Shown piece by piece: positions 1 through 15,192 of a DNA stretch of 64,000 nt. Origin of the DNA: the human T2T-CHM13v2.0 reference genome, Homo sapiens; assembly GCF_009914755.1 (NCBI RefSeq), contig NC_060928.1; one strand, given 5' to 3'. Numbering within the stretch: position 1 is the stretch's first letter; the number at the start of each line of letters is the position of its first letter. The notes beneath the pieces are model-generated. The model ran no database searches, had not been told where the DNA came from, and saw only the letters and a program-made list of their open reading frames with translations. Both the position numbers and the translations under genes were made by a program.

Positions 1-65
1 CATTTAAACTTTACCTCAACTCTATGAGGTAGGTACTATTTTTTAATCCTTAATTTACAGATGAA
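1..65 (-). mobile_element. MIR SINE fragment (left part, split by MaLR LTR)
   Basis: MIR core 'ctatgaggtaggtactatt...tttacagatgaa'; resumes at 531. Confidence 0.75.
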
Positions 66-530
66 TCTATTAGTTTGTTAGGGCTGCCATATCAAAATAT
101 TAAAGCTTGGGTGGCTTGAACAACAGACATTTATTTTCCCATCTTTCTGGAGGCTCAAAGTTCAAGATCAAGGTATCGACAAGTTCGGTTTCTTCTGAGT
201 CCTCTCTCTTTGGTTTGCAGATGGCCACCTCTTACTGCTTCCTTGTGTGGTCTTTCTTCTATGCCTGCATATTCCTAGTGTCTCGTTTTGTGTCCAAATC
301 CCTCTTCCTTTTAAGGACACCAGTCACATTGGATTAAGGCCCACCCTCATGGTCTTGTTTTGTTTCTGTTTTTGAGGTTGTCACCATTTATTGTTGGCGA
401 GGACTTCACAGCCTCATTTTCACAGAATCACCTCTTTCAAGTCCTTATGTCCAAATACAGTCACCTTCTGAGGTACTGGGTTAGGACTTCCACATATGAA
501 TTTTGAAGAAACACAATTCACCCCGTAACA
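66..530 (-). mobile_element. MaLR solo LTR (MLT1A/B/C-like)
   Basis: Termini 'tctattagttt...' and '...cccgtaaca'; perfect 5-bp TSD ATGAA at 61-65 and 531-535. Confidence 0.9.
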
Positions 531-672
531 ATGAAGAAACTGAATCAAAGAAAAATTAAATAATTCAATAACTTTGCCCAAACCACAGGTAGGAGGTGGT
601 AGAGATGGGCTTCAAACCCAGGAAGTCTGGCCCCTGAGCCCATACAATCAAATGCTGCAGTAGACTGCCTTC
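531..672 (-). mobile_element. MIR SINE fragment (right part)
   Basis: 'atgaagaaactga...taactttgcccaa...ttcaaacccaggaagtctggc'. Confidence 0.75.
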
Positions 673-793
673 CATTCCTTGTTATCATCTGTATGATATT
701 TAGCTTGACAGTAAGCCTGGGTTCCCAGAACTGTTTGTACGCTTAATGGTCTAAGTTATGTTAGTCTATAAGCATAGATTTGAGCTTATAGAC

Positions 794-1013
794 CCTTTCT
801 ATTCAGTGAAGTGTGCCTAGGTGATGGACTAGGGACCCAGCTCACCACACCACACTGCCTTATGACTCTGAGTGCTGCAGGAATTCTGAACAGGAGCTGT
901 CAAAGAAGAGTAACAGGAAGGTCCAGAGTTAACTTAAAGAGAAACTGGCATTTATATTAGATTTAAAGTTTATATTATGGTATTAATATAAGGATTCCAG
1001 AAATATGTGAATT
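794..1013. repeat. Dispersed direct duplication, copy 1 (~220 bp)
   Basis: Ungapped match to 2218-2437, offset 1424, about 10 mismatches by eye. Confidence 0.95.
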
Positions 1014-1624
1014 TCGAAGCTTGGAGGGGTATCTTTATGTAATTACCCTTATCTTTTGTCTTAATTCCTACTTGTCACCTGCTTTTTGTACTGGAGACCT
1101 TTGCCCTATGTCACCACAAGGGTCCTGGTTGCTTTGTTCCTCCAGCTCCAAGGGAAATGCATGCACTTGAACACTCCACCTTGTCTCTTCTGGCATCCTT
1201 TATACAATGTTACAGGAAGAGGCCTAACCATGTCTGCAGATGTCAAACAGACGCTACAGGATTCCTCTACACTGTCTGACCTGCACCGTCATATGGGGTA
1301 ACCCTGGAAGCTTGCAGTGTTCCCAAACCCCAAGACTCGAATCTCTTTTTCAACTCCAGCATCATTGATGGGAGGCAGAGTGTCCCTGTGTCCCCAGCAC
1401 CATGGACCCTGGGTGCTGCCCGATGCCATTGCTCCCTTTCCTGATCTTGTATTGTTCCCTACCAGACCCTTGGCTTCTAGTGCTCCATGGCCTGTGTCCA
1501 TCATGGGGATCATTGCCCTGGCACTTCCTGGAGCACAAGTCTCTTTGGCATCCCTGTCACTTTCATCACCACAGCTTTCTCCTCTGCCACTTCCTGTTTG
1601 TCCTAGAAATGGAGAATAGTGGAT

Positions 1625-1820
1625 CCTAAGTGCTTTACATATATTAACTCCATGAATCTTCACAACAACACTAAGTTACTTTCCACTTCTACAGAGGATG
1701 AAACTGAGATACAGAGAGGGTAAGAAATATGTCTGAGGCCACACAGTAGGTACATGGCCAAGCAAGGACTTAAATCTATGAAGCCTATCTTCAGAACTCA
1801 GCTCTCAACCATTACACACT
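1625..1820 (-). mobile_element. MIR SINE
   Basis: 'ctaagtgctttacatatattaactc...gaaactgagatacagagagggtaag...ctctcaaccat'. Confidence 0.8.
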
Positions 1821-2059
1821 GGTCTCCACTGATCACAAATCGAACTCTCTTTTTCCCCAGGGAGGGTGCAGATGCAGACCCACAAACACATATACATACA
1901 CGCCAAGGACTGGCCTTGTTGGATGAGTCTAACAGGAACCCATGCACCTAATTCATCAAAAGAGCTATATACAAAGCTTATTGCCCATGTACCATTACTT
2001 TATATCCAACAATTTTCAAAGCAGGGGATGCTCTCAAGGTCCCAGAAGCATGCCGGGTA

Positions 2060-2215
2060 CTTTCATGCCTATTATCTCATTTATCCTTACAATAGCATTC
2101 TGAAGTAGGTACTATTATCTCCATCTTACAGGTAAGAAAACTGAAGCTCAGAGGGGTTAAGCAACTCGCACTAGGTCACACAACTAATAAGGAGTGAAGC
2201 CAAGATTTGGACATA
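2060..2215 (-). mobile_element. MIR SINE
   Basis: 'gtaggtactattatctccatcttacag...aaaactgaagctcagaggggttaag'. Confidence 0.8.
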
Positions 2216-2217
2216 AA

Positions 2218-2437
2218 CCTTTCTATTCAGTGAAGGGTGCCTAGGTGATGGACTAGGGACCCAGCTCACCACATCACACTGCCTTACAACTCTGAATGCT
2301 TCAGGAATTCTGAACAGGAGCTGTCAAAGAAGAATAACAGGAAGGTCCAGAGTTAACTTAAAGAGAAACTGGCATTTATATTAGATTTAAAGTTTGTATT
2401 ACAGTATTAATATAAGGATTCCAGAAATATGTGAATT
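2218..2437. repeat. Dispersed direct duplication, copy 2 (~220 bp)
   Basis: Ungapped match to 794-1013. Confidence 0.95.
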
Positions 2438-3079
2438 CCAAAATAAACTTGAGCTTATCTCTGGAGTCTCACCTACCTCTTCACCTCTCACTTGCCAAAA
2501 CACATCCATTGAGGAAACTCAACCTGAAACATCTCTATAAAGTATTTGGGTTGGAAGTCAATTCCATAAAATCTGCACTTACTAAAACCTTTTCTCTGAA
2601 AATGTACTAATAATATATAGCTAGAACTTGCAGACAATGTCATCATTGTTATGGAGATTTGTAGCCAAAATATTCTATTTTGTAGAGGTTTTGTTATTGC
2701 CCAGTGATGACATTTTTTGGACAATTTTTAAGAGAGGCAGATGTTCATCTATTTGCTGGTTTTTCCTAGCTTACAAAGCCAACAATGATTTAGACCCAAA
2801 TTGCTTTTGATCTTCCCAAGTACCTCATTTTTATTATTAAGGGACTTACAGTACAAACGATCTGTCATTTGAGCAGGAACACCCATATGTCAGATGTGGT
2901 CGGTTTGATTAGTGGTGCTAAACCCCTGCTAGCAGTTAAAAGAGGTGACTTGTAGAAGTCACAGTGTGGTTAAAGAATTCTGGGGGGGCTCTCTTTGAGA
3001 AAGCCCAATACACAAGAATTCTAACCAGCAAAGTAAGTGAATTGGGGGTGACTTCCTGCTGGGTTCCAGTGGTGATGTA

Positions 3080-3285
3080 AAAATACACAGAACTGGCATT
3101 TCATTGTGGATTCTAACCCAGATTCTGCTTCATATCAGCTGTGAGGCCTTGGACAAGCTACTTAGCCACTTTAAACCTCAGTCATAACCTCTGGGCACAT
3201 TTAATATTTATGTTTTAAACTGTTATGGGGTAACAAATTTTGACATACCTAGTATGGTGTCTGGCACAAAATAGCTATTGAAAAT
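3080..3285 (+). mobile_element. MIR SINE (degenerate)
   Basis: 'agctgtgaggccttggacaagctacttagcc...cctcagt...gtctggcaca'. Confidence 0.65.
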
Positions 3286-3914
3286 ATTTTTCAGTCTTTT
3301 AATCTGAAAGACTAAATCTTTCAGAGTCAATTCTGAATTTGCATTTTAAATAATTTTTCATCTAAAAGGGCAAAAGCTTAATTTACATGCATTTCTCTAA
3401 GAACATATCTGTTCATCAAAGTAAAAAGGGAAATCCTGAAAGTCTGTAACAGATGCCAGGAATATGTGAAATCCTATTCTCAATTTCCAGGCAGTTGCCT
3501 GCCTAACGACTTGGTGTTAGTTGGCCATGTTTGATACTCCCTACTAAAGACTTCAGGGGCGGTGGGATTTACTAACTATGAGGTGAGCAGACCACCCCCT
3601 CACTCCGTATCGCCAAGGAGAAAATGTAAATTGCCCATTGTCATTGCTTAGTTCAGTTCAGTTTAGTTCAATGATCTATGGGCAAGACAATGCCTGAGGT
3701 GAAAGATACAAACATGAAAGAGATATGATTCTTAGCTTTGAGGGGTTCGAGGGCTGGTGGGAAGACAGATGGACACACTGAGAATTTTGTGTGAGCTGGT
3801 CAACTCTGTGATTGGCATATGAGCATGGAGCATATGGGCTTGGAGAAGTCACAAACAGCTTTCTGGAGGAGGTGATGCCTGGGTTCAATCTGGAAGAAGC
3901 CATGCATGCATGCC

Positions 3915-4530
3915 TCCATCCTTCCATTTCTTTATTCAGCAAATATATTTCAAGTGCTAACTACATGTCAAACATTGTTTTAAGCATTGAGGTGAGAGTG
4001 GTGAACGAGACAGTCTCTCCTCTTGTGGAAATTACATCCTACTTAGGGGAGACAGAAAACAAAAAAGCAAATAAATATATAAACAGCTTTAGACAGCAAT
4101 ACAAATGCTAAGAAGAAAGTGAGGAGTGAGAAGTAATGGAGGATGTGGGACATGGAACTGGAGGAGGCTATTTTAAGTAAGACTCTCTGAGCAGATAACA
4201 TTGAGTCAAGACCTGAATGATGGGATGGAGATAGCCATGAAAAGATCTAGTGTCAGAGCCTTCTAGGCAGAGGCAATGGTAAAAGCCCCATGGTAAGAAC
4301 TACTTTGGTCTATTCACAAACAAAACAAAGTTTAAAACACCAGCTAGAAACCAGTGTAGCCAGAGAGCAATGAGAGAGGGAGGGAATGGCTTGAGGTGAG
4401 GGCGAAAAGGAAAGTCTCTTTGCCTTATGATCCATGGTAAACAGAGTCCCCTGTGCATGGGAAGCCACTGGAGGGTTTAAAGTGGGAGAGGGGCATGATC
4501 TGATTTTAGGCTTTAAAAGAAGTTTGCAGC
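3915..4530 (-). mobile_element. L2 LINE 3' end
   Basis: 'ttattcagcaaatatatt...ctacatgtc...gtgaacgagacag' reverse L2 tail, followed by typical L2 3' sequence. Confidence 0.75.
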
Positions 4531-4894
4531 AGGAGGTTGGCAGCGCAAGTCCAGAAGAAGGCAATTCCAGGCAGAGGTAGAGTGTGTCTCTTCCAGATGC
4601 GTACTTCCTCTGGTCAGGGTTGTCTTCCTGCCGCCTCTCATGTCTCTCCTTCCTGTCACAGCATGCATGAGGGCATGGTCTGTGTACACAACCAGGGACC
4701 TAAGAGATGCCACTTTTGGGCAGTAATCTGTGGATAATCCCCCCTACTTCTAGCAATTCTGGCCCAATTGCTAGTCACCTCATGTAACACCAGTGAGGGC
4801 TCATATCCATTTAGTACTCATACATTCTTTTTGCAGCATTTCTTCATGATTATTTGATTTTACACAGGAAGGTAAAAACATCAGGCAATTTTTT

Positions 4895-5010
4895 AAATCA
4901 TCATGTGACAGATAAAGAAGTTGATGCACAGAGAGGTGAATCAGTACGCTCAAGGTCACACAGCTAGTTGGTGACAGTTAGGACTAGAATCCTAGTCCCC
5001 TGATTCACAG
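4895..5010 (-). mobile_element. MIR fragment
   Basis: 'gcacagagaggtgaa...caaggtcacacagctagt'. Confidence 0.65.
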
Positions 5011-5024
5011 CCTGTATTTGTCTA

Positions 5025-5247
5025 CAGTGGTTCACAGTAGAAATGCTATTGATATTTGGTGGAGTGGCTGGTGGCGGTGAGCAGTTCTCCATTGTATTAG
5101 ACTGTTCTAGACATTGTAGAACATTTTGAATCCTTGGTCCTTGCCAGTAACCTCCAAGCAAGAAGCCTTGTGGCAACAAATAAGGCCCCCATACATTTCC
5201 ATACATCTCCTAGGGAAGGCTGGTGCTACTGTGGTGGGAAACAGTGG
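5025..5247. mobile_element. hAT-Charlie MITE (MER20-like)
   Basis: CAGTGG terminus; 'ctattgatattt...gactgttctagacattgtag' resembles MER20/MER20B. Confidence 0.5.
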
Positions 5248-5319
5248 AGTCCAATCCTCTCTTGTTATAGATAAAAAGGCTGAGTCACCAGCAGCAGCAG
5301 AGACTTAGCAGGTACTTTC

Positions 5320-5575
5320 ATATTTTTAACAAATAGTTTCTGATTGCCTAGTATGTAAGTATTCTGTGTTATATGCTGTGTATTCAGTGTTGAAGAAGGA
5401 CGTAGTGCTTGTCCTCAGGGAGTTTACAGCATGGAGAGGGTGAGGGTGAAGCACAGGATGCTAATGAACAATTACAAGGCAATGAGTGGTCAGTGTCATG
5501 GTGGGTTCATACAGGTAGCATAAGGACATAAAGAAGGGCACCTAGTCCCAGTTTGGAGGCACAGGGAAGGAGGAA
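5320..5575 (-). mobile_element. L2 3' fragment
   Basis: 'ttaacaaatagtttctgattgcctagtatg...tgtcctcagggagtttacag'. Confidence 0.55.
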
Positions 5576-5832
5576 TTTTCCAACATCCATAGCTTTCCAT
5601 GGAATCTAATAAGCTTGCATTAATGAAGATGTTTAAATATGATCTGGATTATCGGATGGCTGGGAAAATGTTCAAAAGTACCTAAGGGAGGTCAAACTCA
5701 CTGATGATTAGTGTCCTTTCCAGCTCTGCAGCCTGGAATTTCTGTTGTATTCAAGAAGACCATAAACAGAATGTACTTCCATTTGATTCCTATAATTTAT
5801 GTGGCAATGAGGTGATCCCATGTTAAACTGGT

Positions 5833-6187
5833 TGTTAGGGCCCGAATGTTTGTGTCCCTCCAAAGTCATATGTTGAAACCTAATCATCAATGTGATAGAA
5901 TTAATAGATAGGGCCTTTGAGGGGCTTTGCCCTTACCAGTGGGACACGTGACCTTATAAAAGAAGCCACAGAGAGAAGCCTCACTCCTTTCACCATGTGA
6001 AAACACAGCTAGATGTCATCTGTGAACCAGAAAGAGGGTCCCCACCAGACAACAACCAGACACCAAATCTGTCTGTACCCTGATCTTGGACTTTCCTCCC
6101 TCTAGAATGGTGAGAAATAAATTTTTATTGTTTATAAGCCACCTTCTTTATGGTATTTTGTTATGGCAGTCCCAATAGGCTAAGCCA
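5833..6187 (+). mobile_element. MaLR solo LTR (MLT1A/MSTD-like)
   Basis: TG...CA termini, 'gaatgtttgtgtccctcc', AATAAA, 'gtattttgttatggcag'; TSD CTGGT/CTGGG. Confidence 0.9.
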
Positions 6188-6246
6188 CTGGGTTATAAAG
6201 AGAATAAAATACTAAGAATAATCTGCTTTCCCTCAAAGTGATTTCT

Positions 6247-9640
<3,394 letters not shown>

Positions 9641-11309
9641 GTGCTTTCTACCAAGTATTGACCCACTAAACCTGACCTTTATTCCATCTGTCCACTCATA
9701 CAGAGGGTTCTGTTAGGACTAAGCAAGCCCCAGCTCTGGGTGATGCGGGTGGGCTTTGGGGAGGACAGGGCAGGGCAGGACAGGTCCTCTATGGAGGAAT
9801 TTCTAATTGGGCACTAAGAATTTTTTCTTCCTAGGTAGCCAGAAGAGCTGAGGAGAGCCCCTTAGCTCCAATTTATGCTGCCTTCTGCTGATCCAGGGAG
9901 ACTGGCAGTTTAAATATTAGCTGGGGACAGTTCACTAACACCTCTGTGACAGGGAAGAGAGTCTCAAGGGACAAGGGTGCCCAAGAACCACAAACCTCAT
10001 TCTGCCTTCCAGGAAGTGAAGTGTCAGCTTTCAGCAAACGTTCCCTCTGCACAAGGACAGAAAATGCCATCTAGAGAGCTGCTCTAACTGGGTTAAAAGT
10101 CATGTTTGTGTCACTTGTGTCAAAAGGACATGGCTTAGAAAAAGGACTCAACCACTAGCCAGGGAGATGATTGTGGATTGCTGATGGCTTAGATTTAATC
10201 TTCAAAGGATAAAGCTGTCAGTGTTAGCTTTTCTTGTTGCTTCTGTATTTCAGATTGGAAAATTTTTACTCAAACCAGATATATGTCAGCTATCTATGGG
10301 ATAATTTAAAGAGAAAAACAATGGCTATTAGATTTTTTTTTTCAATTCTCTCTTCTCTGTCCATCATTCATGTTCTATTTACCATCTAAATGCTTCCTCT
10401 AATTTCAAACATTCACTCCAGTTTGGCTTTAACAAATCCTTTCATGAGGGCTCAACTTTATCTTACCATCAACTTGGTTTTGATGGAGGAGAGGCATTGA
10501 GATAAATGGGCTATGCTCTTTAAGAATCTAGATTAATTCACTTTCTGTGTTCAATGTTCAGTTTAGGATTCCAAAGATATCTTGTTGTGGTTAATCAAAC
10601 TCTCCACTGACCTCTGGCTCAGAATCATCAACACATTTAGGAAAAATTCTTGTTTTTGGGAACTCCTCAATTTTCAGGAGTGTGTATTTTAAGCTCCATC
10701 TTCCTTCTTTCTCATCCTCACTTCCTGTTCTGCATGGCTTGGGCTTCTGTTTTTATCTCCTTTCTTAAGTTTTCTCCCTTTTTCTTCATTGTTTCCTTCT
10801 TTGTTTTCCCCAATTTCACTCAAACCCCACCTTCTTTTGACTCAAGAATTTCTCTCCAGCAGGATGCTCTCCTTAGGATATAGCTTAAGATTCCAAGGCT
10901 CTCCACATATTCAAACCAAAAGTTATTCTAGGGTCTTTTCCCTAAATAATATTAAGTAATTATTTAACCTTTGTTAGAAATACATGGTCCCTTATAGAAA
11001 ATGTAACATGCAACCCAAAAGGTAAAAACTACCTATGATCCTCCTACCTCAAAATGAACACTTGACATTTTGGTGTATTTTCTTTCAAATATGTAGATGT
11101 ATATATTCTAAGCAAAACACTTTTTTCCTTAATTAAAAAATCATAAAAGAACATTCCAAATTCCCAGAAATGCAGAGGTATGATGAGTCACTCCATGGAG
11201 ATCTGGGCCAAAGGCAGCTGGCAGAACTCACTCCAGATCCTCAACAAACAGAGCTTGTGGTTGTCATTCAGCATTCACGGAGAGTTTTGCTTGATTTTTC
11301 ACACCCCTC

Positions 11310-11465
11310 AACTGTGCATCAGCATCACCTGGGATGACAGAAAAAAATACAGATGTCTGGTTCCCACCTGCAGAAGTTTTGTCTCAGTTAGTCCAGGATG
11401 AAGCCGTAGCACCAACACTTTTGTTTTCCAATACCCCTACATAATTCTGAATTATAGCTGGAGTA
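11310..11465. mobile_element. MER5-like hAT MITE
   Basis: 'gcatcagcatcacctggga...aaaatacagatgtctggttcccacc'. Confidence 0.55.
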
Positions 11466-11688
11466 GACAATGGGTACCAAGAGTCTGTGTTGGGCTCTTG
11501 CACCATGGTGAACCATACCTGAAGATGCCATATAAGTTGGAGGCTTTGGGAGCTTATGAGTTGCCTCTCTGCTTGATGTGGAAAGGTATTGTGGTGGTGA
11601 GGCGGGCATGAAAACTTAGCTTTCTAATGGCCAATTGGCTGGAAGACTCTGAATTGTTTTATGTTGTCATTTCATTCCTCCTCACCCT

Positions 11689-12333
11689 TGTAGGGTCCAA
11701 GGGAAAGCTTCTTCCTTGACTATGGAAGGTTTGCTGAACAATCAACTCGCAAAAGGCAGGTTAATTGGAGAAAGGGCATACAAATTTAGAATGAATGAAT
11801 ACAGAATGAAGATCCAATGGTAAAGGAGAAACTGTTCATTTTTATGCTTAGGTTCAACAAAGTATGGACAGCTATGTAGAGATATATTTGGACAAAAAGG
11901 TTATGATCTGATGCTAGAGGACTGATTGGGGAAGCCCAGTGAGGCCTGTCAGTCTAGATTCCTCTTGGCTTCTGTGTGTCATTCCTTCCTCCTGGGTATG
12001 AAGGGGTATGAAACAGGGCCTTCCCTGGAATTAGGGTCCCATGACCTAGAGTCAAACAAGATGGGTCACGTCATTTCTCTATGGCCAGTTTTTATACAGA
12101 AAGGCAGAAGGAAAGTTAGAGTAAGATTTTTATGTTTAATGGCTGGCTTTGGGGACAAGGGGTTCTAGTTTCTATGACCTGCTCTAGGGACGAGGGATTC
12201 TAGTTTCTTTGGCTAGCCTTGGGGGAGAATGACACTAACAGACAAGAGGGCTGGAGAAGGTCAGAGAAAAATTTTTGCTTCTGAGGCCTTCATTTTGGCC
12301 TCAGAACCCCAGGGTGTTTTCTGAACCCCAACA
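11689..12333 (-). mobile_element. ERV1 solo LTR (MER39-like)
   Basis: TG...CA termini; reverse strand begins 'tgttggggttcagaaaac...gaaggcctcagaagcaaaaat'; perfect 4-bp TSD CCCT (11685-11688, 12334-12337). Confidence 0.88.
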
Positions 12334-12711
12334 CCCTCTTCATTTTCCATTTTCCAGCATATTCCAGGTACATGAACTGAACTCCCTTCATGGCCTCCCT
12401 GTCCCCTCCCAACAGGTCCCGCTTCTTCCTTTACTCAAGTTCTCCTCACTCCCATGGGCAATGACTGGAGGATTGCAGATTGTTGGCTAATGCTTACAGT
12501 CTTTTGTCTTCCTGAGAAACTACTGGCTATATAGCGATAAAGAAATGTATACATAACAAGATAAAGATAGTGAAATCTTGATTAATCAGAAGCTTCAATT
12601 TTCAGAAAAATATTAGCTCTGTTCAATTTTTAGGAGGGAGCAGTAATCATAGGAAAATAATTTGAGGGTCAAAGATTTCATTGACAACAAAACCAAGCAG
12701 TCAACAGATTC

Positions 12712-12785
12712 CTGGGGTTTCTTAACCTAGGATCCATGGATAGATTATAGGGATATTATGAACCCTGGAAATTGAAGGCAAAATG

Positions 12786-12825
<40 letters not shown>

Positions 12826-12910
12826 ATGCATGTGCACATGTATTTTTCTGTGAAAAGGGTCAGGATTTTTTCCAAAGGGGTCCTAATTCAATACAGTTTA
12901 AGAATCACTA
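12712..12910. mobile_element. hAT MITE (MER117-like) containing an expanded (TG)n
   Basis: 'ggtttcttaacctaggatccatggatag...tttaagaatcact' termini. Confidence 0.6.
12793..12822. repeat. (TG)15 microsatellite
   Basis: Direct reading. Confidence 0.95.
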
Positions 12911-13084
12911 TTTGAAGGTGTATTTTGCTGTGTGGTTTCTATACTCCAGCATTACTTCTTATCCTTCCATCTTCCTTGCCTCTCACATCAATCTAATTTG
13001 TGTCTTGTCTCCATTCACCCCCCAAACCCACTTCCCTAGGCCAGGCCCTTTCCACCTTTCACTTTGAAACTGAAGATGTCTCTC

Positions 13085-14746
13085 GACACAAACAAATGAA
13101 AACACATCCCATGCTTATGGATGAGTAGAATCAATATTGTGAAAATGACCATACTGCCAAAAGCAGTCTACAAATTCTATTCAATTCCCATCAAAATACC
13201 ACCATCTTTCTTCACAGAATGAGAGAAAAAACTCCAAAATTTACAAGGAACCAAAAAAGAGCCCACATAGCTAAACCAAGACTAAGCAAAAAGAACAAAT
13301 CTGGAGGCATCACATTACCTGATTTCAAAGTATACTATAAGGCCATAGTCACCAAAACAACATGGTACTGGCATAAAAATGGCAGATACCCCAATGGAAC
13401 AGAATAGAGAATCCAGAAATAAACCCAAATACATACAGCCAACTGATCTTCAACAAAGCAAACAAAAACATAAAGTGGGAAAAGGGCACTCTATTCAACA
13501 AATGGTGCTGGGATAATTGGCAAGCCACATGCAGGAGAATGAAACTGGATCCTCATCTCTCACTTTATGCCAAAATCAAATCAAGATGGATCAAATAGTT
13601 CAATCTAAGACCTGAAACTATAAAAATACTAGAAGGTAACATCGGAAAAACCCTTCTAGACATTGGCTTAGGCAAAGATTTCATGGCCAAGCTCCCAAAA
13701 GCAAATGCAACAAAAACAAAGACAAATAGGTGGGACTAAATTAAACTAAAGAGCTTTGCACAGCAAAAGGAACTCAGCAGAGTCAACAGACAACCCACAG
13801 AGTGGAAGAAAATCTTCATAATCTATACATCTGACAAAGTACTAATATCCAGAGTCTTTAAGGAACTTAAACAAATTAGCAAGAAAAAAACAATCCCATC
13901 AAAAAGTGGGCTAAGGACATGAATAGACAATTCTCAAAAGAAGATATACAAGTGGCCAACAAATGTATGAAAAAATGCTCAACATCACTAATGATCAGGG
14001 AAATGCAAATCAAAACCGTGATGTGATACCACCTTACTCCCACAAAAATGGCCAGAATCAAAAGATAGAATAATAATAGATGTTGGTGTGGATGCAGTGA
14101 ACACAGAACACTCCTACATTGCTGGTGGGAATGTAAACTAGTAAAACCACTATGGAAAACAGTGTGGAGATTCCTTAACTAAAAGTAAAACTAACATTTG
14201 ATTCAACAATTCCACCACTGGGTACCTACCCAGAGGGAAAGATGTCGTTATATGAAAAAGGTACTTGGACATATATTTATAGCAGCACAATTTGCAATTG
14301 CAAAAATATGGAACCAGCCCAAATTCCCATCAGTCAATAAGTGGGTAAAGAAACTGTAGTATATATATATATGTGTATGATGGAATACTATTCAGCCATA
14401 AAAAGGAATGAATTAATGGCATTCACAACAACCTGGATGGGATTGGAGACTATTATGCTAAGTGAAGTAACTCACGAATGGAAAACCAAGCATTGTATGT
14501 TCTCATTTATAGATGGGAGCTAAGCTATGAGGATGTAAAGGCATAAGAATGATACAATGGACTTTGGGGACTCAGGGGGAATGGCTGGGAAAGGGGTGAG
14601 GGATAAAAGGCTACAAATTTGGTTCAGTGTATACTGCTCAGGTGATGGGTGCACTGAAATCTCAGAAAGCACCACTAAAGAACTAACTCATGTAACCAAA
14701 TACCACCTGTTCCCCCAAAACCTACGATTGGACAAAAAGAACATTA
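13085..14746 (+). mobile_element. 5'-truncated L1PB1-like LINE
   Basis: ORF2 C-terminal debris plus L1PB-type 3'UTR ('gctaagctatgaggatg...caccactaaagaact'); diverged TSD AAACTGAAGATGTCTCT (13067-13083) / AAGTTGCAGAAGTCTCT (15191-15207). Confidence 0.9.
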
Positions 14747-15192
14747 AAAAAGAAAGAAAGAGAAAAAGAAAGAAGGAAGGAAGGAAAGAAGGAAAGAAAG
14801 AAAAAGAAAGAAAGAAAGAAGAAAGACAGAAAGAAAGAGGGAAAGAAAGAAAGGGGGAGGGAGAGAGGAAAAAGGGAAGGAAGGGAAAGGGAAGGAAAGA
14901 AAGAAAGAAGAAGGAAAGAAAGAAGGAAGGAAGGAAAGAAGGAAAGAAAGAAAAAGAAAGAAAGAAGAAAGACAGAAAGAAAGAGGGAAAGAAAGGGGGA
15001 GGGAGGGAGGGAAAAGGGAAGGAAGGGAAAGGGAAGGAAAGAAAGAAGAAGGAAAGAAAGAAAGAAAAAAGAAAGAGAAAGAAAGGAAGGAAGGAAGGGA
15101 GAAGGAGAGAGGGAGGGAGGGGAAAAAGGAAGGAAGAAAGGAAGGAAAGGGAAGAGAAAGAAAGAAAGAAGAAAGAAAGAGAAAGAAAAAAA
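14747..15192. repeat. GA-rich polypurine low-complexity tract (expanded L1 tail)
   Basis: ~445 nt of GAAA/GGAA units with only two pyrimidines (C14827, C14973). Confidence 0.95.
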
